DNA of 33,988 nt, from the sequence record OM401714.1, one strand, 5' to 3'. The translations under genes and the position numbers were made by a program. The notes below the pieces were generated by a model. That model searched no databases. It had not been told where the DNA came from and saw nothing but the letters and a program-made list of their open reading frames with translations. How positions within the stretch are numbered: the stretch's first letter is position 1; the number at the start of each line of letters is the position of its first letter. Below, piece by piece: positions 24,740-32,928 of this stretch.

Positions 24740-25804
24740 TTGACAAATATTATTTATTATGTTTACCCTCAACATCATGATGTCAGCTTCAAATTTGTTG
24801 CCACAGAACATATAAAAATGTTAAGAGAAAAATATACAGTTTACGAAATTCCCTCTTTATCTTTCTATCAATTTACTCCATTTAGATATCCAATTTCTAT
24901 AATTCATCCATTCTTTTATAGTATGTGGCACTGGGGAAAAATAGAATTTTCATTTTTTGAACAATATAGATCTAAAGTTTCTGCAATTATAGGAGTTGAA
25001 GTAGCTGATTCTGATAGAATAGCAGAGAAATTTATTGAATATGGCAATAATTACGCTGACAAAATAATAGTAAATTCTGAATGGTCAGTTAGAGCATTCA
25101 AAAATTCTGGATTAAAAATTCCAATTTATAAAGTTGTACATAATTTCAATTCTAGACTATTGGCAAAAGATAATGAATTAAAACTTGATGATCAAGTGAA
25201 ATATATTGAAAAAGTTAAAAACGAAAAGAAAATAAAGTTAATCTTCATTTCGCTTTGGCATAGTGATTTTAGAAAAGGAGCTGATTTATTTCACACTATA
25301 GCTAAAGAAATACAAAAAGAAAGAAATGATGTTTATTTCTTAGTTAAAAGTGGCGGGCCTAGGACAGATTTTCAAGATTTGAGAATGTTCAATTTCACTG
25401 GAAATACTGATTTTGATAATATAGTAAAGATGTATAGAATATCTGACTTGTATCTCCTAACTTCAAGAGGTGGAAGTTTTGAATTAAACGGTTTAGAAGC
25501 TTTTGTATCAAAAATTCCAGTTATTGCGACAAAAGGCGGGGCATGGGAAGAATATTTTCCATCTCAACTGAAAGATTTATTAGTTGACAGTTGTAGATTT
25601 CCAGATGTTCTTTGGAACAATCCAATTCATATTGGTCAAGGAGTAGAAATGTGCATAGATAAAGCTATAGATAAAATATTAGAAGTTCTAGATAAACTGG
25701 ATGAATATAAAGCGAAAATTGAGGAGAATTATAATTTCTGGTTAGAAAATTTCAGTTATAACGCAGTAAAAAAGCAATTATTTAACGCAATTCAAAAATC
25801 TTAA
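24740..25804 (+). CDS. GT-B glycosyltransferase (SIRV ORF356-like), 354 aa
   Basis: RKGADL and SRGGSFELNGLEAFVSKIPVIAT motifs. TTG start after GGTGA. Confidence 0.92.
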   Translation: MTNIIYYVYPQHHDVSFKFVATEHIKMLREKYTVYEIPSLSFYQFTPFRYPISIIHPFFYSMWHWGKIEFSFFEQYRSKVSAIIGVEVADSDRIAEKFIEYGNNYADKIIVNSEWSVRAFKNSGLKIPIYKVVHNFNSRLLAKDNELKLDDQVKYIEKVKNEKKIKLIFISLWHSDFRKGADLFHTIAKEIQKERNDVYFLVKSGGPRTDFQDLRMFNFTGNTDFDNIVKMYRISDLYLLTSRGGSFELNGLEAFVSKIPVIATKGGAWEEYFPSQLKDLLVDSCRFPDVLWNNPIHIGQGVEMCIDKAIDKILEVLDKLDEYKAKIEENYNFWLENFSYNAVKKQLFNAIQKS

Positions 25805-25830
25805 ATTGGTCATAATGTAGGAACTATGAT

Positions 25831-27021
25831 ATGGAATTTCAAAGAAAAAGTTCAGGTATAATAAAAAGTTTCAATTCTCTAGATATTTTTTCTATTAACT
25901 TATTGTACATGGGAATCTTAAGCGGTATAAGTTATCCATTATTTGTCTCTGAAATGATGAAAAATGTAAACTTATTATTTGCGATTCTAATAGGTTCTGC
26001 TTTTGGAATTCCATTACTTGTAATGTATTACGTATTAACTAAAAAAATTCCGTTAAATGGTGGAGATTATGCTTATATTCGTTCAACATTTTCGCCGAAA
26101 TTCTATACAATTTTCGGAATTTCGTTATGGTTAATTTATGTATTTTCAGCTCCAGTTTTATCAGATCTAGTTTTACTCAATTTCAATATTCCAACAATTG
26201 AGAAATTCTTTATTTCAGAATTATTATTTGCTATTGCTTTACTTAGCATAGTGAAAAAGTCAATTTACGCTTACATAGTTGATGGTTTGGCAATTTTACA
26301 AATAATTGTATCGTTAATCTTACCAATTTCAAGCTTCCATTTTGAATTTGAAAATTTCACTGTATCGAATACTTTACTTTCAGCTTTACTATTTGATTTA
26401 GCAATGTTTCTATTCTTGAATGCAATTAGTTATATAGCTGGTGAAACAAAGAATGTAAATAGAAGCATGAAAATAGGATATTTTGTAAGCTATTTAGTAG
26501 TTACTGTATTAGCAATATTAGACAGTTATTCAAATCTAAATATATTATTTATATTAATGCCAATTTGGTTCATGAGCTATATTTTTGTAACTTCTATGAT
26601 ACAAAGCAGATTAGTGCAAAATTTAGCATTTGATAAAATCTTACCCGAGAAATTCACAAAAATAACGCCTAACGCACTTTTATTAATCTTTACTGCTGAT
26701 ACAATTACAAATATTCTAGAAAATCTTCTAAACTTTTCAATTTCATTTGGGTTTGACGGTCTATTATTCATATTCTGGAATTTTATAGTTGTTAGTTTTG
26801 CATTTCTAAAGTTGACAAACAAAAAATTATTATTTTCAGTTGTACTAATTAGTTTAGCTTTACAAATTTTCCTATTCTTCTATTTAGGTATGCAAAATCA
26901 AATATTCTATAGTTTCGTAATTGAAGGTAACATACTATATACTATATTAAGAATATTGATAATGCCAATTTTAGGCGGAATTATTTACTTATTAAGGAGA
27001 AAAGTGATAAATGTTGAATAA
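25831..27021 (+). CDS. APC-superfamily (amino-acid permease-like) transporter, 396 aa
   Basis: About 11 hydrophobic segments with RKSSGIIK, PLNGGDYAYI and SYIAGETKN permease motifs. Confidence 0.85.
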   Translation: MEFQRKSSGIIKSFNSLDIFSINLLYMGILSGISYPLFVSEMMKNVNLLFAILIGSAFGIPLLVMYYVLTKKIPLNGGDYAYIRSTFSPKFYTIFGISLWLIYVFSAPVLSDLVLLNFNIPTIEKFFISELLFAIALLSIVKKSIYAYIVDGLAILQIIVSLILPISSFHFEFENFTVSNTLLSALLFDLAMFLFLNAISYIAGETKNVNRSMKIGYFVSYLVVTVLAILDSYSNLNILFILMPIWFMSYIFVTSMIQSRLVQNLAFDKILPEKFTKITPNALLLIFTADTITNILENLLNFSISFGFDGLLFIFWNFIVVSFAFLKLTNKKLLFSVVLISLALQIFLFFYLGMQNQIFYSFVIEGNILYTILRILIMPILGGIIYLLRRKVINVE

Positions 27022-27023
27022 AG

Positions 27024-27959
27024 ATGAAGTTGATTTTTGGTATTTCTGGTTCAAAAAGTTATCTTTTTCAAACTAATTTTCCAATTTTAGCAAATCAATT
27101 AAAACTAAAACGAATAAATTGGAAAAATGAAACTTGGATAGATAGCGGTGGATTTCAGATAATTATGCATAATCTAAAAATTTCTGTAAATGATGTCTTA
27201 CAAAAATATAAAAGTGTTAATGCTTACGCTTTTTTTAGTCTAGATATCCCTAGTATTTTTTCTCCAATTGATAAAAGAAATTTTCAATACTTTGAATATC
27301 TATATACCAAAATTGAATGGATAGAAAAAATTATACCGGTTTTACATCTTTATCCAATTCAAGATATAGATTTAGCTATAGATTTTTATAAACAATATTC
27401 TTATTATTTCGCAATTGGCGGAATTATGACTTCTAGCAAAATGAAAGTTTTAATTTATACATTTCCATGGATTTATTATATAAAAAGAAAAGTTCCATAT
27501 CTTCATGTTTTAGGCATGTCATCTCCATATTTTTTGCAAATTTTTAATAATATGCAAAGCATGGATACTGCAATTTGCTCAACAATTTCGGCATTTAAAG
27601 AAATAATTTGGTTTGATGGATCTAGAAAATATGTCGGAAATATGAAAACAAAAAGAGAGAGATATAAAATAAGTAAAGAAGAAACAGAAGAACTCTTTGA
27701 ATTTTTAGATAAACATAATTTCTCATTTGAATATAACTTAAACGATAATAAAATTTTAGAAATGATAAATGTATACATGTTACTATATAATAATTGGAAA
27801 ATTAAGAATAAGTATACTGAATATGCAAATAAATTAAGAAAAATGGGAATAGATAGTTTGACAACTGAATTAATTAGAAATTATAAAATTGCAAATGAAA
27901 TATTGAAAGAAAAAAAGAATAAGAAGAAAAAAGAAGATGAATTAGACCTTGAGATATAA
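27024..27959 (+). CDS. tRNA-guanine transglycosylase (TGT/DpdA)-like protein, 311 aa
   Basis: WIDSGGFQI, SLDIP, AIGG, LHVLG and SMDT motifs. No recognisable PUA domain. Confidence 0.85.
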   Translation: MKLIFGISGSKSYLFQTNFPILANQLKLKRINWKNETWIDSGGFQIIMHNLKISVNDVLQKYKSVNAYAFFSLDIPSIFSPIDKRNFQYFEYLYTKIEWIEKIIPVLHLYPIQDIDLAIDFYKQYSYYFAIGGIMTSSKMKVLIYTFPWIYYIKRKVPYLHVLGMSSPYFLQIFNNMQSMDTAICSTISAFKEIIWFDGSRKYVGNMKTKRERYKISKEETEELFEFLDKHNFSFEYNLNDNKILEMINVYMLLYNNWKIKNKYTEYANKLRKMGIDSLTTELIRNYKIANEILKEKKNKKKKEDELDLEI

Positions 27960-27976
27960 AAATTCATATTTTCACA

Positions 27977-28519
27977 TCACTCATCTTCTTCAGCTTGCAT
28001 TATAATATCAATAGTCTCTTTTATTTTATCCTTAAATTTCTCTATTATTTCATTAGGACTTAACAATTGATAAACTTCATTACTTAGAACTTCTGAAATT
28101 GTATTTACATTTACTTCTCCTAAATCTAGAAAAATACATATATCTAAGTAATAATAGCCTTCAAGTATATTATCAATATAAACTTCTGCAATCCTCTTTT
28201 TTTCATTTTCTGGAAAATCTAACTTTACAGTAACTTCTTTTGTCTCATCTTTGGATTTATCAACTTTTTTACTTAGCAGAATCTTGAATTCGGCATTTTT
28301 CATGAATGCATTAAATATTTTTTCTTCTTTATTTTTCTCAAAATATTTTATTTTCCAACCATCTTTTTCTATATTTTCACGGATCATCTTGATTATTGTT
28401 TCAACTAGAGAATCTCGAAAATTCGTATAACAACTTTCACTAATGTTATCCTCTCTTAGACTTTCTTCAATATTCTCACTTAGTTCAAATTCATCTAAAT
28501 CCCTTAAAATCAAACTCAT
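27977..28519 (-). CDS. Acidic 180-aa hypothetical protein, paralogue of 1685-2206
   Basis: Shares sequence blocks with the 173-aa ORF. Class-2 promoter and GGTGA RBS upstream. Confidence 0.85.
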   Translation of the reverse strand: MSLILRDLDEFELSENIEESLREDNISESCYTNFRDSLVETIIKMIRENIEKDGWKIKYFEKNKEEKIFNAFMKNAEFKILLSKKVDKSKDETKEVTVKLDFPENEKKRIAEVYIDNILEGYYYLDICIFLDLGEVNVNTISEVLSNEVYQLLSPNEIIEKFKDKIKETIDIIMQAEEDE

Positions 28520-28564
28520 ACCAATTCACCTTCTTTTTTTATTCACCTAAATTATCATATCTTT

Positions 28565-28600
28565 TATGACATATTTAAAAACATCTCGAATTTTCGATTT
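28565..28600 (-). promoter_or_regulatory. Class-2 promoter
   Basis: AAATCGAAAATTCGAGATGTTTTTAAATATGTCATA. Confidence 0.75.
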
Positions 28601-28693
28601 AGAAATCTTTAAAAATACAAATTATTTATTATTTACAAATTTAGGGCTATATTAACTTTTTAATGTCATATTGTAAACTTTACTTGAACTAAA

Positions 28694-29404
28694 ATGAGAA
28701 AACTATATGCAAATGTAAAACAAATTAGAACTTATACATCTATACTGCCAAATGCAAAATTATTATGGCAAAATGATAAATTAGCGTTATATTATACATA
28801 TGACTCTACACAAGGACAAGTAAATTGGATTATGCAAAATAATACAAATTCTTCTATACTTGTATCACTTTTAAGAGGTGCCGAATTAAATATAAACGGT
28901 CAAATTTATACAATACCAGACTACTTATTTGGAAATGCTTTTGCTGAGGTTTACTTTGCAAACAATTTGTCTAATTTCATAACTGACTTGAACAATATTC
29001 CGCTTTATTCATTAGCAATTGTAAATAATAATAATGGAGTTAGAACTATAGCTTTTGTCTTCCAAATACCACCAAATTCAGTAATTATAGCACCAGAATA
29101 TGGTTTTACTAATTTACAAAGTATAGATGGACAACTATTAGAAGTAACTCCAATAAATCAAAATCTATTTGGAATAATTTACGACTTTTCTGAAATTATT
29201 GAGTATGAAAATCAGACTGGAATTAACGTGAATTATCCACCAGATCCATATATAGTTCAAAGCTATCAATTTCTAGTTGATAATCTAGGACAAATCATGA
29301 CTCAAAGATTAATATTAGAAATACCAGAAAGCGATATAAATACAGTAAAATCCTTGGTTTCGGATTTTCAAAAAGTAATAGATAAATTAAAGAAGATATT
29401 TTAA
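28694..29404 (+). CDS. 236-aa beta-rich hypothetical protein
   Basis: Long ORF with a TTTTAATGTCATA promoter. Asn-rich, with LFGNAFAEVYF and PEYGF motifs. Confidence 0.8.
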   Translation: MRKLYANVKQIRTYTSILPNAKLLWQNDKLALYYTYDSTQGQVNWIMQNNTNSSILVSLLRGAELNINGQIYTIPDYLFGNAFAEVYFANNLSNFITDLNNIPLYSLAIVNNNNGVRTIAFVFQIPPNSVIIAPEYGFTNLQSIDGQLLEVTPINQNLFGIIYDFSEIIEYENQTGINVNYPPDPYIVQSYQFLVDNLGQIMTQRLILEIPESDINTVKSLVSDFQKVIDKLKKIF

Positions 29405-29426
29405 GCTAAGTCAATTTTTCATTTTT

Positions 29427-29621
29427 TTAATGATGGAAACAGTGAGACCATAGATCTACAAAAATTCCAGCTATAATTATTAATTGAAAGATTATGATTA
29501 ATTTTAAAGTCTCATTTTGAATTGAGAAATAAAGAATAAAAGATAGAATAAAGAGAATTATCAACCCATATAAATCGTGAGTTTTTCCTCTCAGAAAATA
29601 ATGCCACATTCGGCAATCCAT
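29427..29621 (-). CDS. 64-aa two-TM membrane protein with His-rich ends
   Basis: Two hydrophobic helices. TTGTCAT element ~20 bp upstream. Confidence 0.55.
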   Translation of the reverse strand: MDCRMWHYFLRGKTHDLYGLIILFILSFILYFSIQNETLKLIIIFQLIIIAGIFVDLWSHCFHH

Positions 29622-29693
29622 AAATTTAAGTTAAAAAATGACAATTTTAAAGTTATTGAAAGAATAGAAAAAAACAACTACTTCTTTTTGAAA

Positions 29694-30428
29694 TTAATCA
29701 GCTTTACGACTTCTTGGTCTTGGATGTGTTATTAAATAATATTTATTTCCGCTCAATAAGACTGAATTTTCACCATGATCTGGAGATTTCATAATAAATG
29801 TTGTACTCTCTTGAAGATATACTAAAAATGTAATTCCAGGTATTGAATGTAAATCCAAAGCTAGTAAAGGATTGGAAAATTGTATTTCATGGTTATAAAT
29901 TGTTAAACTATTTGCATGATTAAAATTAGGTTTTAATGTAGAATTTGGTGATGGAACTTCATAGATTTCCAGATTTCCTTGATTATATGTTAAGTTAAAT
30001 TGATATAATTGGCCTTTTATAAAATAATCATAAAATTCTATGCTATAATTGTCAAAATCAACAAGCAATTTTTTAGAATTAAGATTTGAAAGTTCTATTT
30101 GTTTTAATATAAAGTTTTTCATTTCATCTAAGTTTCTAGTAATTTTATTTCTTCTATAGACAGATATTATAGATGGTGCAGGTATGTAATATATACCTCT
30201 AACTTCTATAAGTTGATCATGATTATATTCTAAACAGCCATTGAATGTCATTCCACTTCTTGAAACATATCTAGAACAATCAATAAAATGATTTGAAATT
30301 AACGAAATTTTTGTAACTTGACCATTTACATGTTTTAACATAAAAACAACTGGTAGATATTTAATTTGTTTTAAAATTTTTACTTCATACATTTTAACTT
30401 GATCTTCTTGGGACATACAACCTATCAC
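29694..30428 (-). CDS. acrIIIB1: Anti-CRISPR AcrIIIB1 homologue (SIRV2 gp48-like)
   Basis: Shares SRSGMT, EV.GIY, SIIS, IYNH, SPDH and terminal HPRPR blocks with AcrIIIB1 as I recall it. Similar length (~240 aa). Confidence 0.85.
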   Translation of the reverse strand: MIGCMSQEDQVKMYEVKILKQIKYLPVVFMLKHVNGQVTKISLISNHFIDCSRYVSRSGMTFNGCLEYNHDQLIEVRGIYYIPAPSIISVYRRNKITRNLDEMKNFILKQIELSNLNSKKLLVDFDNYSIEFYDYFIKGQLYQFNLTYNQGNLEIYEVPSPNSTLKPNFNHANSLTIYNHEIQFSNPLLALDLHSIPGITFLVYLQESTTFIMKSPDHGENSVLLSGNKYYLITHPRPRSRKAD

Positions 30429-30448
30429 CCGTAAAATATCATATATTA

Positions 30449-30484
30449 TATGACAAATATAAAACTTTTTTTATCTTTCGTTTC
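30449..30484 (-). promoter_or_regulatory. Class-2 promoter of the acrIIIB1 homologue
   Basis: GAAACGAAAGATAAAAAAAGTTTTATATTTGTCATA. Confidence 0.65.
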
Positions 30485-30589
30485 TTTTATTGTCATCCAA
30501 ATTCGTTTAATTTCAAAATACCGTATAAAACAAAATATTAAAACAAAAATGAAAAAAATAAAAAAGAAAAAACAAACAAAAAATTAGTA

Positions 30590-31006
30590 TCAAATTTTAA
30601 CAAAATTTATCTTATATCCTTTTCGCAAAAGACAATAAAATCTAAGATAATAATCTCTAAGATAAATAATATCAGATTCTGGCAACTTCTTTAATATTTC
30701 TAAAAGTTCATCTGGAAGATCATATTCGCTACTATATTGTAACACAATATTTTTATCTTTAATTTCATAACTATCCCAACTATATATTTTACTATTTGTA
30801 ATTAAAAGATTTCTAAAACCATCACTCTTTGGTTCACTAGAAATATATTTTACATTATTATCATCAACAAAAATCACAGTTCTGATTCTTCCATCATTTG
30901 TAATTTCAAATAATTGTTCAAATAAATATTTTATATCTCCATCACTTTTTTGTTCTAGTTTTTTTAACTGATTAATTATTTCATTTAATTTATTCTCAAT
31001 CTCCAT
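30590..31006 (-). CDS. 138-aa hypothetical protein, paralogue of 31574-32038
   Basis: Shares DIK..F, IFV..N.VKYI, EYD.P and LKKLPES blocks with the 154-aa ORF. Confidence 0.85.
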   Translation of the reverse strand: MEIENKLNEIINQLKKLEQKSDGDIKYLFEQLFEITNDGRIRTVIFVDDNNVKYISSEPKSDGFRNLLITNSKIYSWDSYEIKDKNIVLQYSSEYDLPDELLEILKKLPESDIIYLRDYYLRFYCLLRKGYKINFVKI

Positions 31007-31036
31007 TTCTCTTTCGCCTCAGATCAACATATCTTT

Positions 31037-31072
31037 TATGACAAATATGAAAATATCTTCAATTTTCGATTT
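31037..31072 (-). promoter_or_regulatory. Class-2 promoter
   Basis: AAATCGAAAATTGAAGATATTTTCATATTTGTCATA. Confidence 0.75.
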
Positions 31073-31168
31073 GTAAATTTCTTAAAATGCTAGTATTAAT
31101 ATTTGGAACATGAAAAAAATTAGGCATGGAAAAAGACAATAAAAAACAAAAAAATTATTGGCTTCAAA

Positions 31169-31486
31169 TCAATGGTTAATATTCCAAATCAAGAGGCCTA
31201 TTAATTTGAGAAGTTCTTCTCTTGAACCTTCAATTATTTTCTCATTATTTGTATATCTATATACTTGATATAATTTTTCTATCTGTTTCAATACTTTTCT
31301 GAATTTGATCTCTTCAGGACTTAGATAGCTAAAGTTAATTTCATTTCCATCATTCTTTATTTTCATACGTAATGCATAATATTCTATGTGTTTCCCCTTA
31401 ACTTGTGTTAACTGAATCAAAAAATCTAGATTAATTTCTTCCTTTACTACCTCGTTAAAATTATCTTGAACTTTTTCTTGTGTCAT
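31169..31486 (-). CDS. 105-aa hypothetical early protein
   Basis: Class-1 promoter at 31522-31538 and a GAGG RBS. Confidence 0.8.
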   Translation of the reverse strand: MTQEKVQDNFNEVVKEEINLDFLIQLTQVKGKHIEYYALRMKIKNDGNEINFSYLSPEEIKFRKVLKQIEKLYQVYRYTNNEKIIEGSREELLKLIGLLIWNINH

Positions 31487-31521
31487 TTTTCTTACCTCAT
31501 ATTATAGTATGTCTAAACTTA

Positions 31522-31538
31522 TATATAAAGTTTTCTCT
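31522..31538 (-). promoter_or_regulatory. Class-1 early promoter
   Basis: AGAGAAAACTTTATATA. Confidence 0.85.
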
Positions 31539-31573
31539 ATAGTTTTACGTTTGCATTTTTCGATTCCCAAAAA

Positions 31574-32038
31574 TCATTCTTTAATTAAATCAATCGGATA
31601 ACGTTTTTTCAAGATATGATACAATTTGAAAAGTATCGGCTCAGCATAATCAATATTACTTTCTGGTAATTTTTTCAAAGCACTAATAATATCTTCTGGA
31701 ATATCATATTCTTTAAAATATCTTAATTTTAATTTGTCTTCAATAATTACATAATCGTAGAAATGATATGCTTTATTATTTAGAATTACACGACATTTAT
31801 ATCCAGTACTATCTGGAGAAATTGCAATATATTTAACTTCATTTTCTGAAACAAAAATTATAGAATTAATTAAATGATCATCAACAATTTTTCTTAATTT
31901 GTCAAAAACATTTTTTATATCTTCATCATTACTTGATATTGATAATTTTATCTTAATTTTATCAATTTGTTGTTTCAAAACTTCTAGATCATTAATTACT
32001 TCACTTATAACTTTATTTTCACTCATTTTTTCTTTCAC
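31574..32038 (-). CDS. 154-aa hypothetical protein, paralogue of 30590-31006
   Basis: Shared blocks as above. Class-2 promoter at 32057-32092. Confidence 0.85.
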   Translation of the reverse strand: MKEKMSENKVISEVINDLEVLKQQIDKIKIKLSISSNDEDIKNVFDKLRKIVDDHLINSIIFVSENEVKYIAISPDSTGYKCRVILNNKAYHFYDYVIIEDKLKLRYFKEYDIPEDIISALKKLPESNIDYAEPILFKLYHILKKRYPIDLIKE

Positions 32039-32056
32039 TTAAATCAACATATATCT

Positions 32057-32092
32057 TATGACAAATATATAGCTTTTTTCATTTTTTGATTT
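32057..32092 (-). promoter_or_regulatory. Class-2 promoter
   Basis: AAATCAAAAAATGAAAAAAGCTATATATTTGTCATA. Confidence 0.7.
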
Positions 32093-32220
32093 ATAAATTT
32101 TGTAAAATTTTCGTATTTTTATTCCGAAATTGAAAAAAATCGAACATAAAATTAGAAAATATAGAAACATTATGAATAACATGAAAAAAATAAAAACTTA
32201 ACTAAAAGTATAGAAAAAAA

Positions 32221-32484
32221 TTAACTTTGCTTTGGAAGTAATAGATAAACATTATCGCCGTTAACTATTTTTACAACATAATTTTCTTTTAGCCAATTTA
32301 TGTATTTCTTACCACAACCTGACAAAAAGTTGTAAAAACAAGTGCTAGATACTTCATACCATTGATAGTGTTCACAATCACTATATATCTCTCCGCCATC
32401 TAAATCATACTTTATTGCAAGCAATTTCTCACATACTTTACATTTGTACTCTGTAAATCCCTTCCCAATTTCTCTTTCCAACAT
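32221..32484 (-). CDS. 87-aa CxxC...CxH metal-binding early protein
   Basis: EYKCKVCEKLLA...SDCEHY...VYLLLP. ATG 32484 follows GGTGA; the track start is 32502. Confidence 0.8.
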   Translation of the reverse strand: MLEREIGKGFTEYKCKVCEKLLAIKYDLDGGEIYSDCEHYQWYEVSSTCFYNFLSGCGKKYINWLKENYVVKIVNGDNVYLLLPKQS

Positions 32485-32515
32485 CTTTTCACCAATATTC
32501 ATTTCTCCATTCTCA

Positions 32516-32532
32516 TATTTAAATTTTTCTCT
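32516..32532 (-). promoter_or_regulatory. Class-1 early promoter
   Basis: AGAGAAAAATTTAAATA with upstream GATAGAAAGATAAAAAGAT. Confidence 0.85.
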
Positions 32533-32679
32533 ATCTTTTTATCTTTCTATCTAACGTTTATTTTATCGTTAAACTACTTACTGTTCAATTCTCTCCTACT
32601 TAGTAATTTTATCTCTAACTCGAGAAAAATTATCTATAATCTTGTCTGAAATTAGAAATAGAAAATAAAAATTATAAAT

Positions 32680-32877
32680 TTAACTTAATGTGGTAATTTC
32701 TAAATAAAATTCTTTTCCAAACTGATAAACTTTTATATGAACTTTTCCTTGTCTCTCAATAAATGAATAATACTCATCAGATTGACTTTTATACGGTATA
32801 AAATCACTGTTTTGCAATAATTTTTGTGTTAGCTCTTTGTATTGTTTTTTCGTAATCTTTATTTTTGTGCCATTCAT
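32680..32877 (-). CDS. 65-aa hypothetical early protein
   Basis: Class-1 promoter at 32912-32928 and a GGAG RBS. Confidence 0.8.
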   Translation of the reverse strand: MNGTKIKITKKQYKELTQKLLQNSDFIPYKSQSDEYYSFIERQGKVHIKVYQFGKEFYLEITTLS

Positions 32878-32911
32878 CTTCCTTCACTATTATCTATTAT
32901 CTCTTTTCTCC

Positions 32912-32928
32912 TTTATAAATTTTTCTCT
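32912..32928 (-). promoter_or_regulatory. Class-1 early promoter
   Basis: AGAGAAAAATTTATAAA with upstream GATAGAAAGATAAAAAGAT. Confidence 0.85.

Noticed and set aside
24614-24811. 65-aa minus-strand ORF
   Set aside because: Antisense across element B and the glycosyltransferase start.
26577-27778. Minus-strand ORFs 26577-26822 and 27503-27778
   Set aside because: Shadows of the transporter and TGT genes.
32583-32600. AGAGAATTGAAC on the minus strand as a second repeat mimic
   Set aside because: The handle is incomplete and similarity does not extend.
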